From Asterias rubens (Eukaryota), in assembly GCF_902459465.1 (NCBI RefSeq), contig NC_047066.1, positions 3,100,001 to 3,164,000 on the forward strand: a stretch of 64,000 nt of DNA, written 5' to 3'. Every line of letters starts with the position of its first letter. Position 1 is the first letter of the stretch. A program made the translations under genes and the position numbers. The notes beneath the pieces were generated by a model. That model was not told where the DNA came from. It made no database searches and worked only from the letters and a program-made list of their open reading frames with translations. Shown piece after piece: positions 48,101 through 60,545 of the stretch.

Positions 48101-49914
48101 AGGAGTGCTGCGATGAAGACACATGATGAAATTGGATGTTGGACAAATCAGGTAGGCCTAGTACTAATTACTGTACCCCTTAGGGCCAATCTAACTCAAC
48201 CGTCATATCCATACTTTTTTATTGGCTATTTTACAGTGACGTATGGTTCTAGACAGTTTGAATATTTACTGTTGTTGTTCATTTTTCATTTTAAGGAGAC
48301 AAAAAATATAAGAAATTTGTTTTACTCCTTTTCTCTTTCCATAGCAAAGTTCAGCCTTCCATTCAGGGACAGTCAACCTAGTATCTTAAAGAAATTTGTG
48401 ATCAACATAAAGCGGGATCATTGGAGCTCTTCGAAGAAGTGTTCTTTGCTCTGATCATTTTCAAGAATCATGCTCGATGGAACATGTCAGACAATGAAAC
48501 TTGCAGTAGGTGTTTTGCCAAAAGTCATTTAAATTTCTGGTGCACCTTCAAAAGGTAATTTTTGCACAAAGGGATGTCCCTTTGGGATCAACTCTACATA
48601 AAAGAGGTCTACCTTCTTGTTTTTATCAGAATCCAGAGTTGATCTATGGCGCAACAACAGTATGATATTATGTCACATTGCACATCACATAATGCGTAAA
48701 GTGGCATTTTAATTTTATGTATTGCTATATTTGTAGCTGCGCTCTAAGTTCACTTGGAAATAAATCTCAGGCACACTTCTTGTGGAACATAGGAAAAAAA
48801 ATAGTGTGATTATGTGTCCAGTATGCAACTCGGCTCATTCCGAGAAATAAACCTGAATAAATCCAAAGAAGGCAACATTGAGTCAGGTGGTTCCTGATGA
48901 TACCCCCACCTCAGAGTGGTTAATACAGAGAACTCATAACATTTGACTTGTTTTGTTCTCTGGGGGACCTTCAACCTGGATGTCCAATACACAACTCTGC
49001 TTTTTAGAGGGGGGGGGGGGGGGGGGGGGGGCGACTGACTAGCCTTCGAGAAAGACTCTGCTAAGGTCGAAATGTCAGGTCATTAACTAGTTTTTGCATT
49101 TATATCTATGTCCTTTTTGTTTGGTAAGCAACTTGAAACGAGCGTGTTCTATGCAGAGCTATATGTAAATTTATCGTGCTAATCCTCCAATCAGATTCGC
49201 AGAATGGAGTGGTGATATAAGCCTGTTTTGCACGGCTAAATCACTACCTGCTTCTTGTGTGTTCTATGTCACGCGCCAAGTTTGCTTGAAGATAAATACG
49301 TTATCACACGCGCGCTCGTGGAAATACGGAAAAATTAGCGTGTCTGCGTCCCATATCCAACTCGGCCTTCGGATATGGGACGCAGAAGCGCTATATTTTT
49401 CAAAATTCCACTCGCGCTTATATTATCACACGACTGCAAGTGGAATACAAACAAATTTAGGGCTTTTGAGTCCCATATCCATATGGGACGCAGACGCTAT
49501 ATTTTTTTGTGTTCCACAAGCGCGCGTGTTATAACAAAATAATCTTCCAGTCTCACGTGCAACGCGCAAAGCTTAAAATTTCAGAAGGTTATTTCGCGCC
49601 GAACAGCACGCACGCACGCGCACAAAGTTTAGAAAGTAATTTTTGCACTGTCCGTATTTGGGAGCGTGACGCATTGACACAATGCACACTGTGTAATAAA
49701 AACAGCGCGTACTGGAAGATAACTTATAATATCATTAATGCCCAGTCTTTTTGTCTTAACTTTTATTGTAACCGATTTATTACAAAAAATTAAAAGAAAG
49801 TTCAATGAAACAAAAAGACTTGGCATAACTAAAACTAAACATGACAAGGACAAACGGAGACGAGGCAAGTTCTGTTGTGCACATTATGTCTAAATTACTC
49901 TTTTAATTTCCCAT

Positions 49915-52900
49915 AGACCTTATTGCAGATAGCAAAAATCCGACGTCCCGCAAAGGATTGTGGGAAATATTTTGCACCTCCAGTTATACGGTCGTCACGT
50001 AAATAACGTGTTCTACAAAGTTTTTTTGTAAACAATAAGTTTGTAAACATTGACATTGTTCTTGGTGGACGGTCATGCTTCTGTGGCGGAAGACAGTTTC
50101 ACCCACGAATGTGTGTACCTCCATGCTTTATTTAGCCAAGTCCAGATGTGTAATATTAATATAAAAAACTACGACAATAATGCCATCGTACCAGTGTGTG
50201 CTTTGCGACTCAACGGAAGAACGAGGGACTGTACATGTATGTACATACGTAGGTAGGTCCATGCATGTTCTTTTGACTTTGATTGAACACAAAATAGTTT
50301 AATAAAATATCAATAAAGCTTGTTTATGATTTAATCATGACCGGGTCATGATTAAATCATCAAGCATGTCAAACCCAACAAGCTGTAGGCTACAATTTGA
50401 GTATTGTATAGGCTAGATTTATGTGTGATTTGTGGTAGAAACTAAAAAAGAAACATACATAGGCCTATTCAATTATATATTCCTCAACATTTTTTAGAGA
50501 TGACAGATATTGATATTATATTCAGAATATAATATCAATATTCTGATAATGATACTGCTCATTAATTTGCTCATAGTCATATTAGTCATGACTGACTTTC
50601 AGGGCAGAGTGTTTGGTTATGATTTACAAGGCAAAAGATCATTCATAAATGCCTCAATCAGTTTCGCTATCTGCATTCCTGTTGAGTTGTGGTGGAGAGC
50701 GCTTCACGTGGGGTCAGGGTGTTTAAAGTTAACGAGTGATAAAGACCAGCTGGAGATGTTTATAACCGGTTGTTTTTGATATGTTTAGATGCATAATATG
50801 TGCTGGTCTTGGTGCTAGATGTTTCACCGATACGGGTGATGTTTGTGAGTTGGCCGCGCTGGGTGTGAAAGCAAAACAAGAAATGTCTTGCACCAAGACT
50901 AACTACGCACACACCACACAATGCATCCGAAAACTGTCTCAGTCATTAAAATGCAACACATGTCAGGTCATCAAATAAGATACGTAAAAGAGGAAACAAG
51001 GGCTGAACGACCACGACCCTGCCTGTTTTAAACGCCTTTTTAAGAACTTGTAACCACTCATTTATTCCCTTAGTTTTTGTCTGCTTTATCTTTCAGATAA
51101 TTACTTGTGCATCAACATGCTTCGTGACAGGACTCATATTGGAAGCAGTTATTCTCCCAGTTCTGTGTTCACTCCAAAGATGTGATCTGTACTGTTGTTT
51201 TGTGGACTCGACTAACCACATCCTACTTCTTTTGCTGCAGGAGAGCTCATTGACCATCTTCTGAATTGACTAAAGGCTGTGTGTGTGTGTGTGTGTCTTC
51301 ATGCTCTTGAGGTCATTTTTGACTGATGACATGCACGTAAATTGGCGATGAAAAGATAAATGTTAATTGCAGAGTGAACTGTGACGCAAGCGAAGGTATC
51401 GCAAATGCTTCTTAATATGCCTGTGCGTGGCGTCCTGCGGTTGTAGGCTACAATTCTCAGAGAAAGTAGAATAATACAATACAATACAAACAATAACACT
51501 GTCCAAACGTCCATTTCCACTGTCTTGAAGAGTTTAAAGCTTCATTTATTCTGGTTACTTAAATCATACAATAATACTTCATAATGCAAAGATTTAAATA
51601 ATACCAAGGGTTGCAATTGCAAAGATCTAGAGGGTTGTAGTTAACCGCCTCAGTACAGTCAACAGGAACAATACCTGAGGCAAACAAGGGTAGATAATAA
51701 TTGAGTGAAGTAAACTGCAATGTAAGTGTTTTTAACGGGCCATGAAAATACCAAGTGTGTTATAAAGTTAATATTACCAATTTAGATATTTGAAGAAAAA
51801 AATTAAAGGATGGAAATTTAAAATAAAAGTGTTTGTAAACAAATATATTGAACAAAAAGTGTGACAGGTTTGGATTTATTTTCAGCAAGAGTTAAATTAT
51901 GTGTACCCACAGTTATCAATGAAACCTTTAAACTCTCACCATAAAATGGGTCAAATAATTACAGATGCTGGTTAGATTGTGAACAATTGTTTTCACACCA
52001 ACCCCGGGAGTTAAACTCACAACATGCATGATATAGCATTCACAAACAAGAATTTGTCACAGGTTTTATACAAAGCTGCAGTTTTATCATGGCACTGTCA
52101 TCTTTAGATTCCATTCCAACCTGTGGGTGTAGAAGATAGTCTGATCCCTCTTCTAGAGTCTTTTTGTGAACAAGGACTCTGACATGCATGCCGTGTTTGC
52201 CAAAGGTGGCTGCAGCTTAATAAATATCAATTGTTTTAATGTTGGCTTTGTGAAGTCATGAGACAGCTTAATACATTACAAATTGCCTCTGGCAGTACTG
52301 AACCCATTATTAGTGGGCCCTGAACCACCCGACCACAGTGCCAGTCAACTTACTTGTTAATTTAAATCCAAATTTTTAAGATGCAGAGTTTGCAGAGAAT
52401 CACATTTAAGTGCTCACAATACTTCTTCTTTGATGGCAAGGTTTGAAATGACTTTTCACCCACTTAAACTACAAAATGAGACCTATCAGTATAATTAGTT
52501 TAGAATCGTTTAGAATCAAAAATGTATTAATTGGGATAGTTGCCCCCAAAATAATAAAGTTAAATGGTAACAATTTCCAAGTAAAACCAAAAGGATTTAT
52601 TTTTTGAGGATGCCCAATGCAGAATCTATTTTTGTTGTTGAATAAATCAAACTTATTTGAAAACAAAAATTAAAAAGAAATTATATTCTTTTTTCAAATT
52701 CCTACCTTAAGAAGGGTTTCGCTCATGTGACCTAGTCCTTGCTTTTCGAATTACAAACCTACAAAAACTCAGTCTCATTTCATATGATAAAATTATAGGC
52801 ATAACAAACATACCATTATTACAGTACCAGTAGAGTCTAACAATAAAGCTTACAACTTGATGCTTTATGGTACAGTGTACTAAAAGTATCATTTTTGTAA

Positions 52901-54016
52901 TACATGCACAAAACACAAAGTATGTAATTATATTATGCACAGAATCATGTTCGTACAATACGTGTACATCAAACTTGTATAAACTGAACCCTTGATAAAA
53001 ACATGTTTATGCTAGGACTACTTCTAAGTTCTAGAAACTAGAACTTAGAAGTATGCTAGGACCTACACCAGAACCTTGTCGTACTTGTCATGTCATGATC
53101 TACGGTATAACCATGGAGGTAGAAATAGATATATATTAATAAATATAAACATAAACCACAATTACTTAGTCACTTTTGGTCACTTTAATTTTGAACCATA
53201 TCAGTGGTAGACCTAAAAAGTTGATGGTGTGAGAAATCAGGAAAAAGTATCATCTGCCACATAAAGTTTTAAAAATGTACAACTACCATGATTGAAAGCT
53301 ATTCTATTTACGTCCACGTCATTGCTGATCAGTATTACAGATACAATCGAATCAAGACAATGTAACCATTGATGGGCTTTATCCATAGAGCTATATCTAG
53401 ACTCTATCTAGACCAGGAATAAGAAATGTTTTTATTTTTTGTAAAACAGTCATGACAGTCCTCGATCATCATGACCTTGGCAATGTTTCTCTGTTTTGTA
53501 ACAGAAAAAATGTCTTACTTTTGTCATTGAGGTCGTCCATGCTTTTGTCGAAGTATTTATCAGCACAAATCGGAGTCACTGGTGGGAAGTTTTGGTTGTT
53601 ATTTCCGATCCTTCGAGGGTGACTGATGGTTGCGGGAGGGTCACTGATCCGTGTTGCAACTTCTCGCCATTGACCTTGTCAATGTCAGTCTTCCGACGCC
53701 CTACAGACGTAGACGGGCAAACCTAAAAACAGTTATTTTATCGCGAAAAAATGTCGCCTTTGGAGTTTGTCTTTAACTACTGTGTCTTGTCACATTCACT
53801 TTAGCTAAAGATTACCTTAGTTTGTCTATGCCAGAACTATTTATTCTATCAACCAGCTCTTTCTCGGTCACTCCTGCCACATCCATTTTGCAAACCGATC
53901 GATCGTGTACGAACGTTGAACGTTGTTTACTTTTTTGAGCGAGGTGCCAAATTTTTCCCACAGTCCTTTGCGCGCACATGCGCAGTTGTTCAAAATTGCT
54001 ATCTGCAATAAGGTCT
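49915..54016 (-). mobile_element. ISL2EU-like DNA transposon remnant (4.1 kb) nested in the Harbinger
   Basis: 21-bp TIRs AGACCTTATTGCAGATAGCAA plus inverted subterminal GCAAAGGA.TGTGGGAAA.ATTT.GCACCTC; 2-bp TSD AT (49913-14, 54017-18); YqaJ-exonuclease-like exon at 51269-51105 (STKQQYRSHLWSEHRTGRITASNM|gtaatt). Confidence 0.7.
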
Positions 54017-54452
54017 ATTAAGATTGTCTATTTTCAACAGTGATAAATTAAAACTGAATTAAACTGAACTTTTCACTCACCGACTGATTTACTTGTTTGA
54101 TTATTTTTTAGTACAGTGTTATTGTTATATTTTTTTACAAATTAGGCCTAGTAAAAAAAAATACCAGCCGATCACCCGGATTTTTCCAAAAGAGGATGAG
54201 GGCCTTTTTATTTTTTTATAGTGGGGCTGCGAAACAATTTGAATAAGACTGACCACAATTTCTTCTGTTTAAAGTCACCACTTGTAAAATAACATAAAAG
54301 AAATGACACAGCCTCAAAAAAGGATGAAGCCGGGGACGATCAACTGGTATTAATTTTGTTTTTGCCTTGTGCACCACACTAAATCACATTGCAACCAATA
54401 ATGCCAAGTGCTAACTCAATATGTAAAACTATACTCAAAAAAATAATATTAT

Positions 54453-54571
54453 TTGAAAGCCTCTCAGCCTTTGAAAACTTATCAAATATATTTCCATACA
54501 ACTATAAATAATAATTGAAAGCCTCTCAGCCTTTGAAAACTTATCAAATATATTTCCATACAACTATAAAT
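54453..54571 (+). repeat. 57-bp direct duplication with a 5-bp spacer, inside the Harbinger
   Basis: ttgaaagcctctcagcctttgaaaacttatcaaatatatttccatacaactataaat x2. Confidence 0.9.
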
Positions 54572-55056
54572 GTTGTGTATACCGCCCCCCGAAAACGTGT
54601 TTCACACAAACCGACTTGCTGCCTGTTTTCATGAAGTACTCATACATTTCCGCCGAGGGGGGACCGCTGGAAAAGAAAAGGGCGACCTCCAGTGGTGGTA
54701 TAGACAGACACTACATTATGGGCGAAACTATTCGGCAGAAAGGGGGCATCTCAAATTAGGACCCATTCTATCTACCCTGAGGTTTGCGGTAGCCTGCTCT
54801 TGTAGGCCGTTTCTACTGCCTGATGATCGACACGTTGTGAGTTGTCAATCAACTCGATCATGGCATCCGCAAACCTAACCTGATATTAACTCCCACCATT
54901 CAAAGGATTCAAATCCTACAATTATTTCATCAACCTCACTTACAAATAGTGCCACAAAAATGATAATAAAATTTAATGTGGAAACAATGTAGTGCACAAA
55001 ACTTGCTAAATAAGCTGTTTTATTTGTTTTAATTTTTCAGCTTGCATACGTTAGTA

Positions 55057-57035
55057 ATGGACGGCCAAGAGGTACCACCGGCAAAGAAAGCAATGAAAGA
55101 AATGGTAATTAAACGCAGTATCCCGAGTGTGGCAGTATTGTATTGCTCATTATTTTTGCAAACCTGTGTGTCGTGTCACATACCCAGGATTTCCCATCCT
55201 CCTAAGTTGGACCTTCAGTATTCTGTCCCCTCTAGCACCTAAAGCACACACTTTTCCTTGCTCTATGCTTTGATACTTTAAATGCAATCAAAAAAATATA
55301 AACCGGGAATGATGGGATTTTTATTATTTTTTTCTTTTCGGGGGGGGGGGGGGGGGGGGCGGACAGCAGAGGCTCCTGCCACACCCACTACCGAACTAAT
55401 CATCGTTTTTGGGTTTACATTTGATTTCATTTATTTCTTATACATTTTGCAGTCTCAGAAGACACCTCGATGGCAGGAGTTTGAGAGTAAAGCTCTGTCC
55501 TTATTTTGTCGTGACAGCCAGGCAGCCCTGTTTGGTTCTGGTGGCGGTGCAGGGGTGGAATCAACAAAGAGAAAATCCTGGCAAGCTGCCACTGAACAGG
55601 TTCGAGCTGCTGGAGGAATGGTCAGGGACTGGCAAACCACCCGCAAAAAATGGCAAGATTTATGCTACAGGGCAAAGGTGTACAAAAATAAGCGAGATGG
55701 AAAGGGAGTTACGGGTATGTGGTATTAATTTTGGTTGACTATTATATTTTCAAAGCATGTTGGGCGAATTTGTAAAGTAACATTTTCCTTTGCCAAAAGA
55801 TCACATGTGTCACACTTTTTTTTTTTTTTAAGCTATTGTTATTGATCAGTCTGCATTCATTAAAGCAAAGGGTGAGGCAAATATTTATACACTGACTTCA
55901 AGTGGCCGCAACTTTCAAAATTAAGTATCGACTTGAGAAAATCAAACGAGAGCATAAAGTGCAATTACTTTGCTATGTATGGTGCAGCATTTTAAGTGTC
56001 AGGTGCCGGGCCTAGTTCCTATATGCTGTAAATTGTTTTGTTTTTTTGTAGTCATTCAATAATTGATCTATCTATCGATTGTATTAAGGTGGAGGACCAC
56101 AGCCACATGCAAACCCTTTACACGAGCTCGTGCTAGATTGCATGCCAGACGAAGTTGTCGACGGAGTGATGCCGAATGGGGCATGTGAAACAATTCCCCA
56201 GGTAAAACTTAAGACATAATAATGAGGACAGTTTATAACTCTTAAAGTTACTCGATAAATCACTGTTTCAATCAACGATTCTCGGCAGCTATGTGCATTG
56301 GACCATATATACCATTAATTCAAAATGGGGTGGTTAATAATCTGTCCGTGCCTATGGGAAACATGGGTGAGTGGTCTAGAGGGTAAAGTGATGACACGAC
56401 GATAGCACGTCACATAATCATTTCCATGAGGACATGACTTTGACAACTCTACCAAAACCTATAGTTGTTATCCATTTAACAGAATGTGTTTATCTTGGAT
56501 TTCTTTTTGGCTTATTATTTCCAGCTTGCACCACCAACGCAAGAACATAATCGCCCCTCAACGAGTGGCATTATGTCATCACGGCCCCTAAAACGAACTT
56601 GCGAAACAGAAACGGAAACGGAAACTAAAACCGATGTAAGTTGCATTAGCAACAGTTCAGAAGTGACATTAATTTTGCTGAAATTTGTTTGACAAACAAT
56701 ACCAAACATGATGTGTTTATATTTCTGATGTATACTTTCAGTCCCAACCACAGGAGGTTCTACCCACTCCAACCCTAAAGAAACACCCCAAGAAACACAA
56801 CCAGCCAAAGAAGAAGACAGGCAAAAAGAAGGGGCCCGGCAACAAGGAGGTTGATCTTTTAGGCATGAACAGGGAAGTTGTTTCTTTGACAAAAGAAAAA
56901 ATGCTACTCAAGAGACAGTCCCTCGAGTATCAGAAGGAGACCATCGAGGTCCTGCGGGAGATCAATGCGACCCTGCAGAGAGCATTCCCCAGCAGCTCCG
57001 CTGTCGCTTTGTTTAATTCCATGTCAGAGCAATAA
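55057..57035 (+). CDS. Harbinger Myb/SANT-like (trihelix) DNA-binding protein, 5 exons, 275 aa, intact
   Basis: Exons 55057-55104, 55453-55714, 56089-56201, 56525-56635 and 56742-57035 are phase-compatible. Sequence PRWQEFESKAL...KRKSWQAATEQV...RDWQTTRKKWQDL, then TGGGP..., a basic KKK stretch and a C-terminal coiled coil, the layout of Harbinger second proteins. Confidence 0.85.
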
Positions 57036-58254
57036 TTTTGATTATTTATTCTCGATTAATTTCGGGAAATGAGCAGCTAAATTAACCACCAGCCTAATAA
57101 ATTTCCCGCGAAAACGCATGCTACTGAAAAGGGTCATTCGATTTATGTTTAAGACTATAGTCAAAATGTACTTTTGCGTTATTTGATTTAACAAAATAAT
57201 CATTCAATTTAATGAAGCTGTATTCAAATTCGTCGGAGTTTCACTTTTCGGCTGGGATCGTACACCCGATTCTTACTTTGTTCTCCAGAAAAGATATCTT
57301 TAAAGACAGTGGACATTATTGGTAACTGCCAAAATCCAGTCTTCTCACTTGGTGTATCTCAAAATATGCATAAAATAACGCCCTTGTCACATGGAGTTGT
57401 GTGCTTTCAGATGCTTGATTTCGAGACCTCAAATTCTAAACTTGCGGTCTCGAAATCAAATTTGTGTAAAATTACTTCTTTCTCGAAAACTTTGTCACTT
57501 CAGAGGGAGCCGTTTCTCACAATGTTTTATACTATCAACATCTCCTCATTACTCGTTACCAAGTGAGGTTTTATGCTGACAATTATTTTTAGTAATGACC
57601 AATAGTGTCCACTGCCTTTAAAAAGATTTTTAAAAGATTTTAATTTTTAAAGGTGAAACCGATTTCAAGAAAGGTTGCCTTTAAATACCACAAAAGTGAA
57701 AAAAAAAACTGTTACAAATGAACCTGCTTTATAAATGTTATTCCACCGTTAATGGTAAGGGCATCCACATTTATCCTGAGACTCTGCAACTTTCAGGCCT
57801 TTTATTATTTTGTTTAATAGTATTGTGCAGTTGAAAATAATCTTTACGTGGCCAGTTGTGTGGGTTTATTATACGGTGTAGGTATGAATATTGGTATAAT
57901 CTATAGCGTGTGTGTGCACTCTATTGGGAAGGATTTCAAAACGGTTGTAAAATGGACCAATCTATTAATAAATCATAAACATTTATTGAAAGTTTGAATT
58001 TGTGCAACAAGGGTGTTTTCTTTTCATTTTTCTCTTGCAACTTCTTACACTGAATATTATAGTATTTCGCGCACTTCCGTCACCCCACACTAAATTCAAA
58101 CGAACACATCACCACACGTGCATGTCTTCGTCTCTTACATGAATAAAAGGTCATTGCAAAGAAAGATATAAACTGCCGTAATACTCTTTCTACGACCCAA
58201 TAATTAAAATGGGGACTATACATATATGGATAAAAATGCCAATACCAATCATTA

Positions 58255-60545
58255 CTAAAAGAAAGTGTTAACCATCCTAGCTCTTGCGGCGTTTCCAAGG
58301 TGGACGTCTGGGCCTTGGTCATCGTTGTCTGCGATGTCAATAATCTCAAGTTGCCTCTGTCGTCCCAGATACGGCTCGTTGAGTATCTTGGAGATGTTGA
58401 AAAGGACGGCACAGGCAACGATGACTTTGCAGGCTTTTTCGGGGGCCACACGTAACCCCTTTCGCAGACATGGGAATTTCATTTTGATTTGCCCATTCGT
58501 CTGCTCAATGACGACTCTGCCATGACGATGAGCACTGCAAATTAGACATTTCAGGGAGTAAAAGTATAACAAACTTTTAGTCTTTTTTAAGGGGAAAACT
58601 ACCTCCACACTGCTTTTTTCAAGAAGGCCTTAACAAGAAACGTATATAGTCTGCTGCAACGAAAACGTAGGCCTAAGTACCCCATGGAAGCAGAGGCCTA
58701 TTATTCCACCCGGCATTTTGATTGTTTTTTGTTGTCACGTTACGGTTTAAGGACGGGTTGATCAACTCATTCCCACTGACATGACGTTGAAAATAGGCCT
58801 AAAAATCCCATAAAATCTTAGGACTTACTCGTTGTAGTTTCGTTCTCTGGCAGTTGCTGGTTGCCAGAAGGGGGTCATCAGCCACTCCAGTTGCGGGTAG
58901 CCGGAGTCTCCCAGGAGAATGCCCTGAAGATCTCCTCTTCTGAACATCTGGGCAATTTCGCTGCGGGTGAGGATCCGGCTGTCGTGAACTGACCCAGGCC
59001 AGTTCGCGACAACGTTGTTGATTCTATAGCTGGTGTCACATATCAGCTGGACATTTAGGCTGTGTACACCCTTCCTATTTACATATGTAAATTCGTTTTG
59101 TCCTAGTGGGCAGGCGTCGAGGGGAACGTGTGTGCAATCCACTGCACCAACCACCCCCGGGAACCCACAGAGGTTGTGGAACCCCCACTGGGTTTTTGCA
59201 ACATCCGCTGCTGCTGCAGGCCATTTAATATAATCGACTCTCATCCTCACCAAGATATCAGTCACTCTGTAGACGATCCTACATACACTTGCTTCGGAGA
59301 TCCCATGGTGAGCAGAAGTTGTCGAGTAGAAACACCCCGTTGCGTAAAAGCGAAGTGCGACGAACACTTGCACATTTGCCGGGATCGCATGGCTCCGTTG
59401 CGTTTCGGGCTGTAAAAATGGCTCTAAGATGTCTATCACCCGCATCACCTAGGGCCACTGATTTTCCGTTTCAGAAAAGTGCAAATTCCGTTTGGCAAAA
59501 ACATGAATTCCGTTTCAGGCACAAAAAATTCCGTTTCATGTTTTTTTAATTAGATAAAAGGTTGTTTAATACCCAGTGACACACTTATAAAAACCAATTT
59601 GAGATAAGTTGCACTGTTGACTTCGTAAAATGTTCATTTGAACTGACAAATTTCAAAAAAATACTTTTTTTTATAATATTGTGGATTATTTTGTATACTG
59701 CTGTTCTAAAAAGGTTGCACTGTGACTGCAGTATCAATGCACATGATGTGATAGACTTGATTCAAAGTCTAAAACTGCAGTTGATTCTCTGCATCAGCCA
59801 CATTGTAGGCTAATGACAGGAGTGTATCCACAAGAGGGCGCTGTTTCAGCATGATCAAAGACTTGGGAACAAGTCTATGGACGTGACCATTCTCCATCCA
59901 CAAACAAAATGTCAGCCATTTTGTTTTCGCTTTGGCGACAGAATGTTGACAGTTTACGGTTTTATTTTAGACCTTTCCGAGATGAAAAAACATTGTATGT
60001 GTTCTTATAGATCATAGGTAAGCTAGTTTGTGTATTATTGTTGGTAAAAGAGAGGGAGAAAATGCTATTTGGGTGAACAAAAAATGTTTAAAACGTGCCG
60101 CGAATAATGCCCTTCGCTTAACCATGTTAACAACGTGTGTACATCATGTGTGTAAACATTGAGGATGGTGTGAAGTAGAACAGAATGATCCACGGTTACG
60201 ATCTCGTACTTTTTGATGGTCTGATTTCTGATGCCTTTTTAGTTTAACAAAAAGAATCTTAATAAAGAATGCAATTTCAATAGTTTTGGCGTCAAGAAAA
60301 AAAAAAAAAAATAATCAAATTTTCTGAAATCCCGTTTTCCGTTTCAAAGGGCGGATTCCGCGAATTCCGTCCGTTTTCCGCGATCGCGGAAAATCAGTGG
60401 CCCTAATCACCCCATTTCTCGTAAACCGATAATACTTATGCATCCTTTTGTCGTTGTAGTCATCTAGAGGATTCGTTCTGTCTCGGAAAATCCGTTCTCT
60501 TTGGAGAACACGAGCATTGTTAACATACAGCAGATGCAACGCCAT
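58255..60545 (-). pseudogene. Harbinger (HARBI1-like, DDE_Tnp_4) transposase, 344 aa once the MITE is removed
   Basis: Pieces 60545-60406 + 59443-58829 (exon 1) and 58534-58255 (exon 2). Catalytic motifs GAVDCTHV, WPGSVHDSRIL, LLGDSGYP and VIEQTNG. The only lesion seen is the MITE at 59450-60405. Confidence 0.9.
59450..60405. mobile_element. 956-bp non-autonomous TIR element (hAT-like TAGGG ends) inside the Harbinger transposase
   Basis: 19-bp TIRs TAGGGCCACTGATTTTCCG; 6-bp TSD ATCACC (59444-49, 60406-11); no ORF. Confidence 0.85.

Noticed and set aside
50781-50978. Plus-strand CIICAGLG resembling a SWIM zinc finger
   Set aside because: It is on the opposite strand to the YqaJ-like exon and lacks the downstream C.H residues; probably chance.
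56635-56742. Apparent frameshift between Myb exons 4 and 5
   Set aside because: On recount (CACCCCAAG has four C) exon 5 is 294 nt in phase 0, so the gene is intact.
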